A stretch of DNA of 63,379 nt, counting the filler, from Lentisphaeria bacterium (lineage in GTDB: Bacteria > Verrucomicrobiota > Lentisphaeria > JABSQK01 > JAWLHB01): the NCBI GenBank assembly GCA_041690595.1. It is 5 parts of 5 records of this genome, joined end to end, with 100 filler letters (N's around TTAATTAATTAA, not from the genome) between each part and the next. Parts side by side here need not be neighbours in the genome. Positions count along the whole stretch, not along the records: positions 31,552 to 45,492 come from JAWLHB010000078.1; positions 45,593 to 59,285 come from JAWLHB010000079.1; 3 more parts are not named here. The stretch is one strand, 5' to 3'. A program made the position numbers and the translations under genes. Position 1 is the stretch's first letter. The number at the start of each line of letters is the position of its first letter. The notes beneath the pieces were generated by a model, which was not told the DNA's origin, ran no database searches, and saw only the letters and a program-made list of their open reading frames with translations. Below are positions 40,063 to 49,549 of this stretch, piece after piece.

Positions 40063-41451
40063 ATGTCCCTCATATTCGAGCAGTTTAACACGGATGGGAT
40101 CGCCCAGCTCTCTTACCTTGTGGGCGACAGTTCCAGTGGCCACGCCGCCATCATCGATCCACGGCGTGACGTCGATATCTATCTGGAGCGGGCGCGCCAT
40201 AATCAGCTGGCCATCACCCATATATTCGAAACCCATAACCACGCGGACTTCGTCAGCGGCGCGAGGGAGCTGCATGCCCGCGTGCCGGATGCAGGGGTCT
40301 ACCTCAGCGAGAGTGGCGGCACCCGGTATGCGTTCGACCATGAGACGGTGAGTCATGGCGACACCTTTGAATTCGGCAGCACGATCATGAAGGCCTGTCA
40401 CACCCCAGGGCATACCCCGGAGCATCAATCCTACATGCTGGTCGACAGCTCGGCGGAGGCCGCGTGGGGCATCTGTTCCGGTGACTCTCTCTTTGTCGGT
40501 TCCGCCGGACGGCCGGATCTGATGGGCGACAATGCGGGCGACCTGGCCAAGAAGCTTCATGAGACTCTCTACCAGTTCTACATGGGGTTGGACGACAATG
40601 TTCTGCTTTATCCGGGGCATGGTGCGGGTTCTGCCTGTGGCGCCAATATCGGGGACCGGCCGGTCTCCAGCATCGGCTATGAGCGCCGCCATAACAGCTT
40701 CCTGCAATTCGACGATTACGAAGCGTTCAAGGAGTTCGTGATCAATGGCGCCCCGCCCGCGCCGGCTCATTATGCACGGCTGAAGAAGGTGAACGCGGGG
40801 GGACCGGAGCTGCTCCATGGGCTCCCCCCGGTTCCGCCGATACCGGTGAAGGCATTCCGGGAGCTTGCTGAAAGCTCGAACACGGTGATCCTCGACACGC
40901 GCAGCATCCTGGCTTTCGCCGGGGGGCACATTCGGGGCGCCATCAACATCGGCCCCCGCGATGAATTGGCGGTCTGGGCAGCCGACATGCTCGATCCGGA
41001 CGCCTCGATCCTGCTGGTGCTCGAACATGACCGGGAACTGGAGCATATCGTGACGCTGCTCATGCGGACCAACGTCACCAATCTGGCAGGATATCTGGCC
41101 GGCAGCATGAAGGCGTGGGAAACGCAGGGTTATCCCCTGGCCGAGATGTGCCCCATCAGCGTTCAGGAGCTGCATGACCACAGCGAGCACCTGATTCCGC
41201 TCGATGTGCGCAAGCCTTCCGAATGGGAAAGCGGCCACGTTCCCAATGCCATTCACTACCATATCGGCGATATGCGCAATGAGATCACGGAACTCGATCG
41301 CGGCGACAAGTACGCCGTCTATTGCGACAGCGGTTACCGCGCCAGCATCGCCGCGAGTATTCTGCAGGCCAAGGGCTTCCGCCACGTACATACGGTTCCC
41401 GGCAGCATCTCCGGATGGAAAGCGGCCGGCTACGAACTCGTCAATATCTGA
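40063..41451 (+). CDS. MBL-fold persulfide dioxygenase-like protein fused to two rhodanese domains
   Basis: ETHNHADF, TPGHTPEH, GDSLF, GRPDL, PGHGAGSAC; GHIRGA, GHVPNA, CDSGYRA. Confidence 0.92.
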   Translation: MSLIFEQFNTDGIAQLSYLVGDSSSGHAAIIDPRRDVDIYLERARHNQLAITHIFETHNHADFVSGARELHARVPDAGVYLSESGGTRYAFDHETVSHGDTFEFGSTIMKACHTPGHTPEHQSYMLVDSSAEAAWGICSGDSLFVGSAGRPDLMGDNAGDLAKKLHETLYQFYMGLDDNVLLYPGHGAGSACGANIGDRPVSSIGYERRHNSFLQFDDYEAFKEFVINGAPPAPAHYARLKKVNAGGPELLHGLPPVPPIPVKAFRELAESSNTVILDTRSILAFAGGHIRGAINIGPRDELAVWAADMLDPDASILLVLEHDRELEHIVTLLMRTNVTNLAGYLAGSMKAWETQGYPLAEMCPISVQELHDHSEHLIPLDVRKPSEWESGHVPNAIHYHIGDMRNEITELDRGDKYAVYCDSGYRASIAASILQAKGFRHVHTVPGSISGWKAAGYELVNI

Positions 41452-41468
41452 CTTCCTGGAGGTGACAG

Positions 41469-42017
41469 ATGCACAGTCTTCCGGCACTCTGGGTGGGGCA
41501 ACTGCCTGGGCCCGGCCCCGCCGCATGGTCCCCCTGGCTGGTCGGGCTCCTGATCGGCCTGCTGGTGGTTGCGGCGCTCTACGTTTCGGATCGCCCGATC
41601 GGCGCTTCCGGCGCTTATGCCAAGGTGGCCGGCTTGATCGGCAAGCGGGTTGCCCCTCGGCACACGGCACGGTTGCCCTACTATGCCGACAATCCCCCTG
41701 GCATCGACTGGGAAGTGATGCTGGTGCTCTTCGTGGCGCTGGGGGCTCTGCTGGCGGCGTGGCATGGCGGCGAAGTGACCGGGCGCTGGTTACCCCCGCT
41801 CTGGGAAATGCGCTTTGGTGACAGCCTCGGACTGCGCCTTCTTTTTGCGGTCGGCGGTGGCGCGGTGATGGCTTTCGGCGCCCGTATGGCCGGCGGTTGC
41901 ACCAGCGGACACGGGATCAGCGGCGCCCTTCAGCTCTCCGTGGGTTCCTGGATCGCCCTGATCTGTTTCTTCGTCGGCGGTATCATTACCGCCATGATCA
42001 TGTTTCCGGGAGTATGA
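41469..42017 (+). CDS. YeeE/YedE sulfur-compound transporter subunit
   Basis: 'PIGASG', 'FGARMAGGCTSGHGISG'. Confidence 0.9.
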   Translation: MHSLPALWVGQLPGPGPAAWSPWLVGLLIGLLVVAALYVSDRPIGASGAYAKVAGLIGKRVAPRHTARLPYYADNPPGIDWEVMLVLFVALGALLAAWHGGEVTGRWLPPLWEMRFGDSLGLRLLFAVGGGAVMAFGARMAGGCTSGHGISGALQLSVGSWIALICFFVGGIITAMIMFPGV

Positions 42018-42568
42018 CCATGAACACCACATCGCAAGCCACGCCTCGTTCACCAGCGGCAATGCTGGCGCAAGGGGCCGCCTTCGGGCTGATCTTCGGC
42101 TTTCTGCTGCAGAAGGGGGGAGTCGCCAAATACCACATCCTCATGGGGCAGCTCCTCCTCGAAGATTGGACGGTGGCCAAGGTCATGTTCACCGCCATCA
42201 CCGTCGGCGGCACGGGCGCATACCTGCTGGCGCGGATGAGGGTGATCAAGCTGCACCTCAAGCCCACCAACTACGCCGCCAACCTCGTCGGTGGGCTCAT
42301 TTTTGGGGTGGGTTTCGCCTTGTCGGGCTACTGTCCGGGGACGGGTGCGGCCGCCTTCGGTCAGGGCAACTTCGACGCGCTGGCGGTCATGTTCGGGATG
42401 ATGATCGGTTCCTGGCTGTACGCGGAGTCGTCGGGCTACCTTGGCCGTACGGTTGAAAGTCATGGTAAGCGGGGCAAGCTGGCCATGGATCAGCTGCTGC
42501 ATGTGCCCAGGACGATCGTTCTCCTCGCCCTCTGGATCATCCTGATCGGTGCGTTCCTCTTCCGCTGA
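42014..42568 (+). CDS. YeeE/YedE sulfur-compound transporter subunit
   Basis: 'GLIFGFLLQKG', 'GGLIFGVGFALSGYCPGT'; ATGA overlap. Confidence 0.9.
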   Translation: MTMNTTSQATPRSPAAMLAQGAAFGLIFGFLLQKGGVAKYHILMGQLLLEDWTVAKVMFTAITVGGTGAYLLARMRVIKLHLKPTNYAANLVGGLIFGVGFALSGYCPGTGAAAFGQGNFDALAVMFGMMIGSWLYAESSGYLGRTVESHGKRGKLAMDQLLHVPRTIVLLALWIILIGAFLFR

Positions 42569-42569
42569 T

Positions 42570-43667
42570 TCAGCGCGGCAGGCAGGGAGCGAAGTAGACG
42601 CGTTCCGGCACGGGGAAGCGCGGCGTGGCGTCGAGTTCATAATCGGAGCGACGGCCGGCGGCAAGTTCATGACAGCCGAGGCCGGCAATCATGGCGGCAT
42701 TGTCGGTGCAGTAGGCCGGTGGGGCGATCAGCAGCGGCAAACGACGGCTGGCGGCGGCCTCCGCCATGAGCACGCGCAGGCGGCTGTTGCAGGCGACGCC
42801 GCCACAGACGACCAGGCTCCGCGCCCGGTGATCCTCCACCGCCCACATGGTCTTTCGCACCAGTACATCGACCACCGCTTCCTGATAGCTGGCGATGATG
42901 TTCAGGAACTCCTCGTCCCCCATCTCGCGCATGGTCGAATCGCCGCCGCTGGTTTCGGGGCGGACATTGTAGAGGAGGGCGGTCTTCAGGCCGCTGAAGC
43001 TGAAGTTGAGACGGTTCTCCGGTTTGAGCGGAGTGCCGCCGCCGCCCGTCAGGCCGCGCGGGAAATCGACCGCCCGCGGGTCGCCCGTACGCGCCAGCTT
43101 GTCGATCAGGGGACCTCCGGGGTAGGGGAGGAAGAGGATCTTGGCAGCCTTGTCGAAGGCTTCGCCGGCGGCATCGTCGAGTGTCTGCCCCAGGATGCTG
43201 CAACGGCCATCCGCCTCAATGAGCAGCAACATGGTATGACCGCCGGAAACGACCAGCGCGATCACCGGATAGCTTTCTGGATTGGCTCGCACTTCCGGCT
43301 GATCGATGAAGGCGCCATAGACATGCGCGATCATGTGGTTGATGCCGATCAGGGGTTTGCCGAGAGCGGCGCTGAGTCCTTTCGCGTAGGAGATGCCGAC
43401 AAGCAGCGCTGGGAGCAGGCCGGGCGCCTGCGTCACTGCGATGCCGTCGATGGCCGACAGGTCGAGCTTTGCCTCACGCAATGCCAACTCGACCAGAGGG
43501 GCGATTGCCCGCAGATGTTCGCGGGCGGCCAGCTCGGGAATCACGCCGCCGTATTCCGCATGCTTGCGTACCTGGGAGGAGACGAGGTTGCTGTGTACCC
43601 GATGCCCATCCTCGACAATGGCGACAGCGGTTTCGTCGCAACTGCTCTCGATACCCAGGACGATCAT
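42570..43667 (-). CDS. tsaD: tRNA N6-threonylcarbamoyltransferase TsaD
   Basis: LGIESSCDET, HMIAH, VSGGHT, DDAAGEAFDK, FSFSGLKT, CTDNAAMI. Confidence 0.97.
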   Translation of the reverse strand: MIVLGIESSCDETAVAIVEDGHRVHSNLVSSQVRKHAEYGGVIPELAAREHLRAIAPLVELALREAKLDLSAIDGIAVTQAPGLLPALLVGISYAKGLSAALGKPLIGINHMIAHVYGAFIDQPEVRANPESYPVIALVVSGGHTMLLLIEADGRCSILGQTLDDAAGEAFDKAAKILFLPYPGGPLIDKLARTGDPRAVDFPRGLTGGGGTPLKPENRLNFSFSGLKTALLYNVRPETSGGDSTMREMGDEEFLNIIASYQEAVVDVLVRKTMWAVEDHRARSLVVCGGVACNSRLRVLMAEAAASRRLPLLIAPPAYCTDNAAMIAGLGCHELAAGRRSDYELDATPRFPVPERVYFAPCLPR

Positions 43668-45010
43668 GGGGCGCTCTCCACTGGCGTGTCGGTGCCGTCG
43701 CCGGTGTCTTCGATCAGTTGCCTGGCGCTCGGTGGGACTGCTTCACGTGCTGCGTCGATTCCTTCCTGTAGCGTAGTAATGGCGATGCTGAGCTGCAGAT
43801 CCTGTTGCGGGTCTTCCTGGGCGCCGGCGCCGGTCTGATAGTAGCCGGGGTTGGCCTTGGGGTCGAGCACCACGAGAATGTCGGGCGGAATGCCCTGATT
43901 GTGAATCACCCGTCGGCTGGGGGTGAAGTAGCGGGCGGTAGTCAGGTGCAGCATGCCGCCGCTTGGCAGAGGTAGTGGTGTTTGCACGCTTCCCTTGCCA
44001 TAGCTCTTCTGGCCGACCAGGATGGCGCGCTTGTGATCGCTCAAACAGCCGGCGACAATTTCAGCGGCGCTGGCGCTGCCGCCGTTGATCAGCACCGTGA
44101 TCGGCAGGGAGTAGAGTGGAATGAGCCCTGGCAGGACACGGGCGCTGTAACGCTGCGTTTCTCCTTCGCTGCGGCCCTCGATCGAAACCACCGGTTGACC
44201 CGGCTCCAGGAAGAGCGAGCAGACATCAACCGCGCTGGTCAACAGCCCGCCAGGGTTGTAGCGCAAGTCCAGCACCAGCCCGTCCATGTTACCCGGCCCC
44301 AGCTCGTTGAGCGCCTGCACCAGTTGCACAAAGGTCTTCTCGTTGAACTGCAACATGCGGATGAAGCCGATGCGATCCGCCACGAAGCTTGCGTCGACGA
44401 TCGCGGGCACGGGAATGATTGCGCGTTCGAGCGTGACGTTGAAGGACGCATCGGTGGACGGCCGATAAATGGTCAGATCCACCGTGGTGCCGACTTCACC
44501 CTTGATCTTGCGCACCGCGTCTTCGAGCTTGGTCGTCTGGAGCGCTTCGCCATTAACGGCGATGATGCGATCCTTGGCCTGCAATCCGGCGGCGCCGGCG
44601 GGGCCCTCCGGCAGCGGGCGGACCACGGTCAGGTTCCCATCGTCCATGCTGATGATCACGCCGATCCCGCCAAACTCTCCACGCGAACTCTCGGCCACGC
44701 TCACGTAGTCGCGACGGGTGAAGTAGGTGCTGAATGGATCCAAGCCGCCAAGCATTCCCTGGATTGCCCCGTCACGCAGGTTGTCATAGCCGATCTTGCC
44801 GGGATCCACGTACTGGTTGCGGATGTAGCGCAAGGTCGTCGCCATATCGCGCGCGGCCTCTGGGGCGGCATTTTCGCCCGTGAGGATGAGCATGCGGCTG
44901 TGCCACCAGCCACCGGCGAGGAGGTTGAGGAAGAGCACTGCCATGACGACGGGGATGAGGGGAAAGCCCCGCGGCGGTGAAGATGCGTGCGTGTCTGACG
45001 GTGATTCCAT
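43664..45010 (-). CDS. ctpA: Carboxyl-terminal processing protease (S41, PDZ)
   Basis: LDPFS, FGGIG (PDZ), LDLRYNPGG, SASAAEI, GKGSVQ. Confidence 0.93.
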   Translation of the reverse strand: MESPSDTHASSPPRGFPLIPVVMAVLFLNLLAGGWWHSRMLILTGENAAPEAARDMATTLRYIRNQYVDPGKIGYDNLRDGAIQGMLGGLDPFSTYFTRRDYVSVAESSRGEFGGIGVIISMDDGNLTVVRPLPEGPAGAAGLQAKDRIIAVNGEALQTTKLEDAVRKIKGEVGTTVDLTIYRPSTDASFNVTLERAIIPVPAIVDASFVADRIGFIRMLQFNEKTFVQLVQALNELGPGNMDGLVLDLRYNPGGLLTSAVDVCSLFLEPGQPVVSIEGRSEGETQRYSARVLPGLIPLYSLPITVLINGGSASAAEIVAGCLSDHKRAILVGQKSYGKGSVQTPLPLPSGGMLHLTTARYFTPSRRVIHNQGIPPDILVVLDPKANPGYYQTGAGAQEDPQQDLQLSIAITTLQEGIDAAREAVPPSARQLIEDTGDGTDTPVESAP

Positions 45011-45073
45011 GCGTACTCTCGAGGCTCCTGGAAGTATTCTGGCGCAAGGCGTCACGCCATGGCCAAGCCGCCT

Positions 45074-45102
45074 ACTGTAGTGAGGTCGCCAATCCGTGTC
45101 AA
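45074..45102 (-). promoter_or_regulatory. Sigma70-like promoter for ctpA-tsaD
   Basis: TTGACA-17 bp-TACAGT. Confidence 0.6.
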
Positions 45103-45124
45103 GGCATGCGGATTGATTGCTTCG

Positions 45125-45492
45125 CTTGCCTTCTTGCCCTTCTCCCCTCAACCGGGGACAGGTACTTTTCTCCTTCCTTCTTGCCCTTCTCCCCTCAACC
45201 CGGAGAGACAACCCGGGGACAGGGAGACAACCCGGGGACAGGGAGGCAACCCAGGGACAGGTACTTTTCTCCTGCCTACTTGCCCTTCTCCCCTCAACCC
45301 GGGGACAGGTACTTTCTCCTTAACCCGGATACGTCTCAATCCGGAGGACTGGCGTCTCAAGCCGGGGACTGGTCGGGCACGGCACGACCCAGGCAACCCG
45401 GAGACAGGTACTTTTCTCCCCTCAACCCGGGGACAGGTACTTTCTCCTTAACCCGGATACGTCTCAATCCGGAGGACTGGCGTCTCAAGCCG
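45125..45492 (+). repeat. Composite cluster of CAACCCGGGGACAGG(TAC) repeats with longer internal duplications; REP-like
   Basis: About 8 core copies; CTTGCCCTTCTCCCCT leader three times; a ~75-bp block duplicated; runs into the contig end. Confidence 0.88.
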
Positions 45493-45592
45493 NNNNNNNN
45501 NNNNNNNNNNNNNNNNNNNNNNNNNNNNNNNNNNNNTTAATTAATTAANNNNNNNNNNNNNNNNNNNNNNNNNNNNNNNNNNNNNNNNNNNN
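45493..45592. other. Artificial contig linker
   Basis: Ns + TTAATTAATTAA. Confidence 0.98.
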
Positions 45593-45593
45593 T

Positions 45594-45740
45594 ACCTTAA
45601 TCCGACCTTCGCGCTTTGCAAACCCGTTTCCAAAACTTTTTTCGGAAGCTTGCTCGCATCGCTCTCGACGCGCCGTGTTAAGGAGCCGTTACTTTAGCTT
45701 GCATATTCTGACTTTCAAGGGCGTTTTGAGACTTTTTTTC
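45594..45740 (-). promoter_or_regulatory. Tandem promoters of rrn P1/P2 type pointing into the contig break
   Basis: TTGAAA-16-TAAAGT (45718-45691) and TTGCAA-16-TAAGGT (45621-45594), each preceded by A-tracts. Confidence 0.55.
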
Positions 45741-45906
45741 TCGCAGCACCATCAGGGCATGCTCACTTCAGTTCCAGCCTTTTACCATAGTACCCACGAC
45801 CCTTGTGTGCAAGTGCCTTTGCCAGCTTTTTCCGAGAAAAATCGAGCTTGAGCGGCCTTGGAGCGGAATCGCAGCAACCGGGCGGCCAATCGAGCGCCCC
45901 CCATGG

Positions 45907-47040
45907 TCAGATCGAGAGCGTGGCGAGCAGCTGACGCACCTCGTGATCGGACATCTCGCGGGGGTTGGTAAGCATGGAATTGCTGCGGCAGTTGCGGACG
46001 ATGAAGTCGGCGTGGGTGGCGGCAAGCCCGTCGCCGGCAAAGGAATGGGGAATCCCCAGTTGGCTGCAGAGTTCCTGTGTAGCCTCGATGAAGGCGGAGC
46101 CATCGGGCAGGTGAAGCCATGCTGCCAGCTCGTCGAGCGGTTCTCTGGCGGCTGGAAGGTTGAAGCGCAGGATGTGGGGGAGAAGGATGGCGCAGGTATA
46201 ACCATGCTTGAGATGCAGAAGAGATCCGATCGGATGGGCGAGGCCATGAACGGCGCCAAGTCCCGCGTGGGCAAAGGCAAGGGCGCCCAGCATGCTGCCC
46301 TCCGCCATGTCGATGAAGGGCTGCCGATCGCCCGGGATGGAGCAAGCGCGAGGCAGAGCATGCCAGATGAGGCCGACGGCTTCGCGGGCAAGCGCCCTGG
46401 AGGTATGGGTTGCTTTGGTGGAGATATAGGACTCCACGGCCTGCGTTAATGCGTCCAAACCACTGGCGGCGATGATTTCCGGCGGGGCGGTAATCGTGAG
46501 TTCCGGATCGACAATGGCGGCGCGTGGCACCATGCCTGGGTGGCGGATCGACTGCTTGAGTTGCGTGGCGGGATCGGTGAGAACGGCGTTCCGGGTCATC
46601 TCCGCGCCGGTGCCGGAGGTGGTGGGCAGGGCCACGAGGGGGATGCCCACACGGTTGAGCTGACGCGCACCGGTGAAATAGTCGTGACAGGTGCCACCGG
46701 CTGGGGCAATGGCAGCCGCGGCTTTGGCTACATCGATAACGCTGCCGCCCCCGATGGCGATGACCAGGGAGACCGGATGGTGGCGCAGGAGCGCGACGGC
46801 GGCATCCACTTCACCGATATTCGGATCCGGAGAGATGTCAGAGAAGACAAAAGCGGGCTGAGCGTCGAGGATCTGAGCAAGCTCCTCGACAATGCCGGTG
46901 CGCCGCTGATAGTTGCCCACAATCGCGGCGTAGGCGGTATAATCGTGGGTGACGTGAGGAAGGATGTCGGGCAATTGATGCCTGGCACCCCATCCAAAGC
47001 GAATATGCGGGGGATAATCGAGCTGGTAGGTCAGGTTCAT
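45907..47040 (-). CDS. Iron-containing alcohol dehydrogenase
   Basis: GGGSVID, PTTSGTGAE, DALTQAVE, VHGLAH, HG. Confidence 0.93.
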   Translation of the reverse strand: MNLTYQLDYPPHIRFGWGARHQLPDILPHVTHDYTAYAAIVGNYQRRTGIVEELAQILDAQPAFVFSDISPDPNIGEVDAAVALLRHHPVSLVIAIGGGSVIDVAKAAAAIAPAGGTCHDYFTGARQLNRVGIPLVALPTTSGTGAEMTRNAVLTDPATQLKQSIRHPGMVPRAAIVDPELTITAPPEIIAASGLDALTQAVESYISTKATHTSRALAREAVGLIWHALPRACSIPGDRQPFIDMAEGSMLGALAFAHAGLGAVHGLAHPIGSLLHLKHGYTCAILLPHILRFNLPAAREPLDELAAWLHLPDGSAFIEATQELCSQLGIPHSFAGDGLAATHADFIVRNCRSNSMLTNPREMSDHEVRQLLATLSI

Positions 47041-47747
47041 ACACCTTCTCCTTCGGCGAGGAGTCGCTCGAGGGCGGCGCGAGCCGCTTCCTGTTCGGCT
47101 TTCTGGCGTTTGCCGCCGGTGCCAGTGGCAAATTCCCGATTGTCGAGATAGACAGCCACGGTAAACTCACGAAGGTGGTCGGGGCCGACAATCTCTCGCG
47201 TTTCATAGATGGGCTTGGAGCCGAAGTGCTGTTGCGCATACTCCTGCAGGGCGCCCTTGGGATTGTCTTCATCGAGGAGGCCCTCGGCATCCGGATAGAT
47301 CTCATCGATCAGGCGGTTCACCAGATCGGCAACGGGCTCCAGATGCTGACCGGCATCCATATAGATGGCGGCACACAGGGCTTCGAAGGCATCGCAGAGA
47401 TTGGAGGGACGATTGGCGCCCTCGGTCAGGCGTTCACCGCGGCCGATGCGCAGATGGCTCCCCAGATCCAGATGGCGTGCCATGGTGGCGAGGGTGGATT
47501 GCCGGGTGAAGATGGCCCGCAGCTTGGTCATCCGTCCTTCCCCCCAATCGGGGCAGCGGCCAAAGATGCGGCGGGTCATGATCAGCTGGATGATCGCATC
47601 GCCATAGAATTCGAGCCGCTGATTGTCGCTCTCGACGCCGTCGTTCTCCGCGGCGAAGGAGGGATGTGTGAGCGCTTCGAGGAGGAGCCTGGAGTCACTG
47701 AAGCTGTAGCCGAGCTTCTCCTGAAGCTGGGAAAGGGTGGGTGTCAT
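47037..47747 (-). CDS. rnc: Ribonuclease III
   Basis: ALTHPS, NQRLEFYGDA, DAFEAL, dsRBD 'NPKGALQE...GPDH...AEQEAA'. Confidence 0.96.
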   Translation of the reverse strand: MTPTLSQLQEKLGYSFSDSRLLLEALTHPSFAAENDGVESDNQRLEFYGDAIIQLIMTRRIFGRCPDWGEGRMTKLRAIFTRQSTLATMARHLDLGSHLRIGRGERLTEGANRPSNLCDAFEALCAAIYMDAGQHLEPVADLVNRLIDEIYPDAEGLLDEDNPKGALQEYAQQHFGSKPIYETREIVGPDHLREFTVAVYLDNREFATGTGGKRQKAEQEAARAALERLLAEGEGV

Positions 47748-47780
47748 CGATGTTGAAACTCCTGAGGTATGGCTCCGCAA

Positions 47781-49481
47781 CTACTCGGCCATTGAACGGA
47801 GGTCGATCACCTGTAACTGCGGGTTGCGGGATCCGCGAAAGATGTTGATTTCCGGTACGGCGACGACATACCAGGGGGACTTTGGAAAAGAATCGGGCCG
47901 TCGGCCGAAGGCGATGAACTGTATGCGCTGACCGGTCGCGTCGGCGAGGATTCCCCGAGTGTGGTCACGCCCCGCGGGCATGATCCGCTCCGGCACCACG
48001 TTGTGGAAGCGGAAAAGAGGCGCCGGGTTGCTGTGCCCGAAAGGACCAAGTCGCTCCAGTTCGAGAAAGAAATGCTCGCTGAGTTCGTCGAATCGTACAT
48101 CGCCCTCGATATTGATGCAGGGGGTGAAGTCCCACTGGCCATTGCAGAAGTTGCGGATGGCCGTTTCGAACGCATCCTCGAATCCCTGCAGATGTTCGAG
48201 CGTGAGGGCGAGTCCGGTCGCCATCGGATGGCCGCCGTAGCGGGTGAGGAAGCTGCTGCAGTGGCGCAGCGCGTCGACCAGATTGATGCCGCGAATGCTG
48301 CGCCCGGAACCGTGAACGTCCCCCTTTTCATCGATCGAGAGGACGATGGTGGGACGATGATACTCGTGGGAGAGCCGTGAAGCGACGATGCCGATAACGC
48401 CGCGATGCCAGTTTTCCCCCTTGGCGACAAGGGTGAAGCGATCGTCGATGCACAGCCGGGTGACCTGTCGCTTGGCCGAAGCGAAGGCGCGCTCTTCATG
48501 GCATTGACGCTGGCGGTTGAAGTCGTCCAGATGATCGGCAAGCGGATAGGCATCGACGATGCTCCGCGCCTGCAGGAGGCGGAGCGCAACTTCCGGATCG
48601 CCAAGTCGTCCGGCGGCATTGAGCCGGGGGGCGAGACGATAGGTTACGTCTTCTGGGCTGATGCGATCATTCAGCCGCACGAGATCGCAGAGGGCACGAA
48701 TACCGGGACGTCGTTGCGCGGAGAGAACCTTCATGCCATGGCGGACAAGGGTGCGGTTTTCGCCGAGCAACGGAACAATGTCCGCGACGGTACCCATGGC
48801 AACCAGATCCATCCCCTCCTTGAGGTCGAAGTGCATGCCGCCAAGACCACGCTCACGGCCGAACTTGATGAAGCCGTGGCAGAGCTTGAAGCAGACGCCG
48901 ACGCCCGCCAGGCACTGAAGCTCTTCGAGTTCGGGATGGAGCTTGGGGTTGAGGACCGCGAAGGCTTTCGGTATGTGGTCACCCGGCTGATGATGGTCGG
49001 TGATGATCACATCGATGCCGTTGGCATTGGCGGTATCGGTGGCCTCGCAACTGGTAATGCCGCAGTCGACGGTGATGAGCAGCTTGTGTTGTTCGGCAAC
49101 GGCTTTCAGGACGGACTCGGAGGTGAGTCCGTACCCATCCTCCATGCGATGCGGGAGGAAGCAATCGATCTGCGCGCCATTCTCGCGAAGCACCCAGGCA
49201 AGAAGAACCGTCGAGGTAATACCATCCGCGTCGTAGTCGCCGTGAATGACGATCCGTTCGTTCCGCTGAATGGCAAGCCACATGCGCTCCACAGCTTTCT
49301 GCATATCCGGAAGCACAAAAGGATCGATGAGATCCTGTAGCTTTGGATCGAGGAAGCTGTTGAGTTGTTCAGGGGCAATGCCCCGGCTGACGAGGACGAG
49401 AGCGATCGGCCTTGGAAGGCCGAAGTCGCTCATCAGGGCCTGAACCGCCTGATTATCTGTCTTGGCAATCTCCCAACGCAA
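47781..49481 (-). CDS. recJ: Single-stranded-DNA exonuclease RecJ
   Basis: GDYDADG, TVDCG, TDHH, GTVADIVPL, PRLNAAGRL, GSGRS, GGH; TTG start. Confidence 0.96.
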   Translation of the reverse strand: MRWEIAKTDNQAVQALMSDFGLPRPIALVLVSRGIAPEQLNSFLDPKLQDLIDPFVLPDMQKAVERMWLAIQRNERIVIHGDYDADGITSTVLLAWVLRENGAQIDCFLPHRMEDGYGLTSESVLKAVAEQHKLLITVDCGITSCEATDTANANGIDVIITDHHQPGDHIPKAFAVLNPKLHPELEELQCLAGVGVCFKLCHGFIKFGRERGLGGMHFDLKEGMDLVAMGTVADIVPLLGENRTLVRHGMKVLSAQRRPGIRALCDLVRLNDRISPEDVTYRLAPRLNAAGRLGDPEVALRLLQARSIVDAYPLADHLDDFNRQRQCHEERAFASAKRQVTRLCIDDRFTLVAKGENWHRGVIGIVASRLSHEYHRPTIVLSIDEKGDVHGSGRSIRGINLVDALRHCSSFLTRYGGHPMATGLALTLEHLQGFEDAFETAIRNFCNGQWDFTPCINIEGDVRFDELSEHFFLELERLGPFGHSNPAPLFRFHNVVPERIMPAGRDHTRGILADATGQRIQFIAFGRRPDSFPKSPWYVVAVPEINIFRGSRNPQLQVIDLRSMAE

Positions 49482-49549
49482 AATTCCTGCCTGAGGTTCA
49501 TTGTTGTTCTACAGAAAAATGTTGTCATAGGGAACCCGGTTGGCGCGCG

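Noticed and set aside
47590..47625. RNase III signature variant (EFYGD instead of EFLGD); similarly the MoxR Walker A ESLPGLGKT
   Set aside because: Catalytic residues are retained; within normal family variation.
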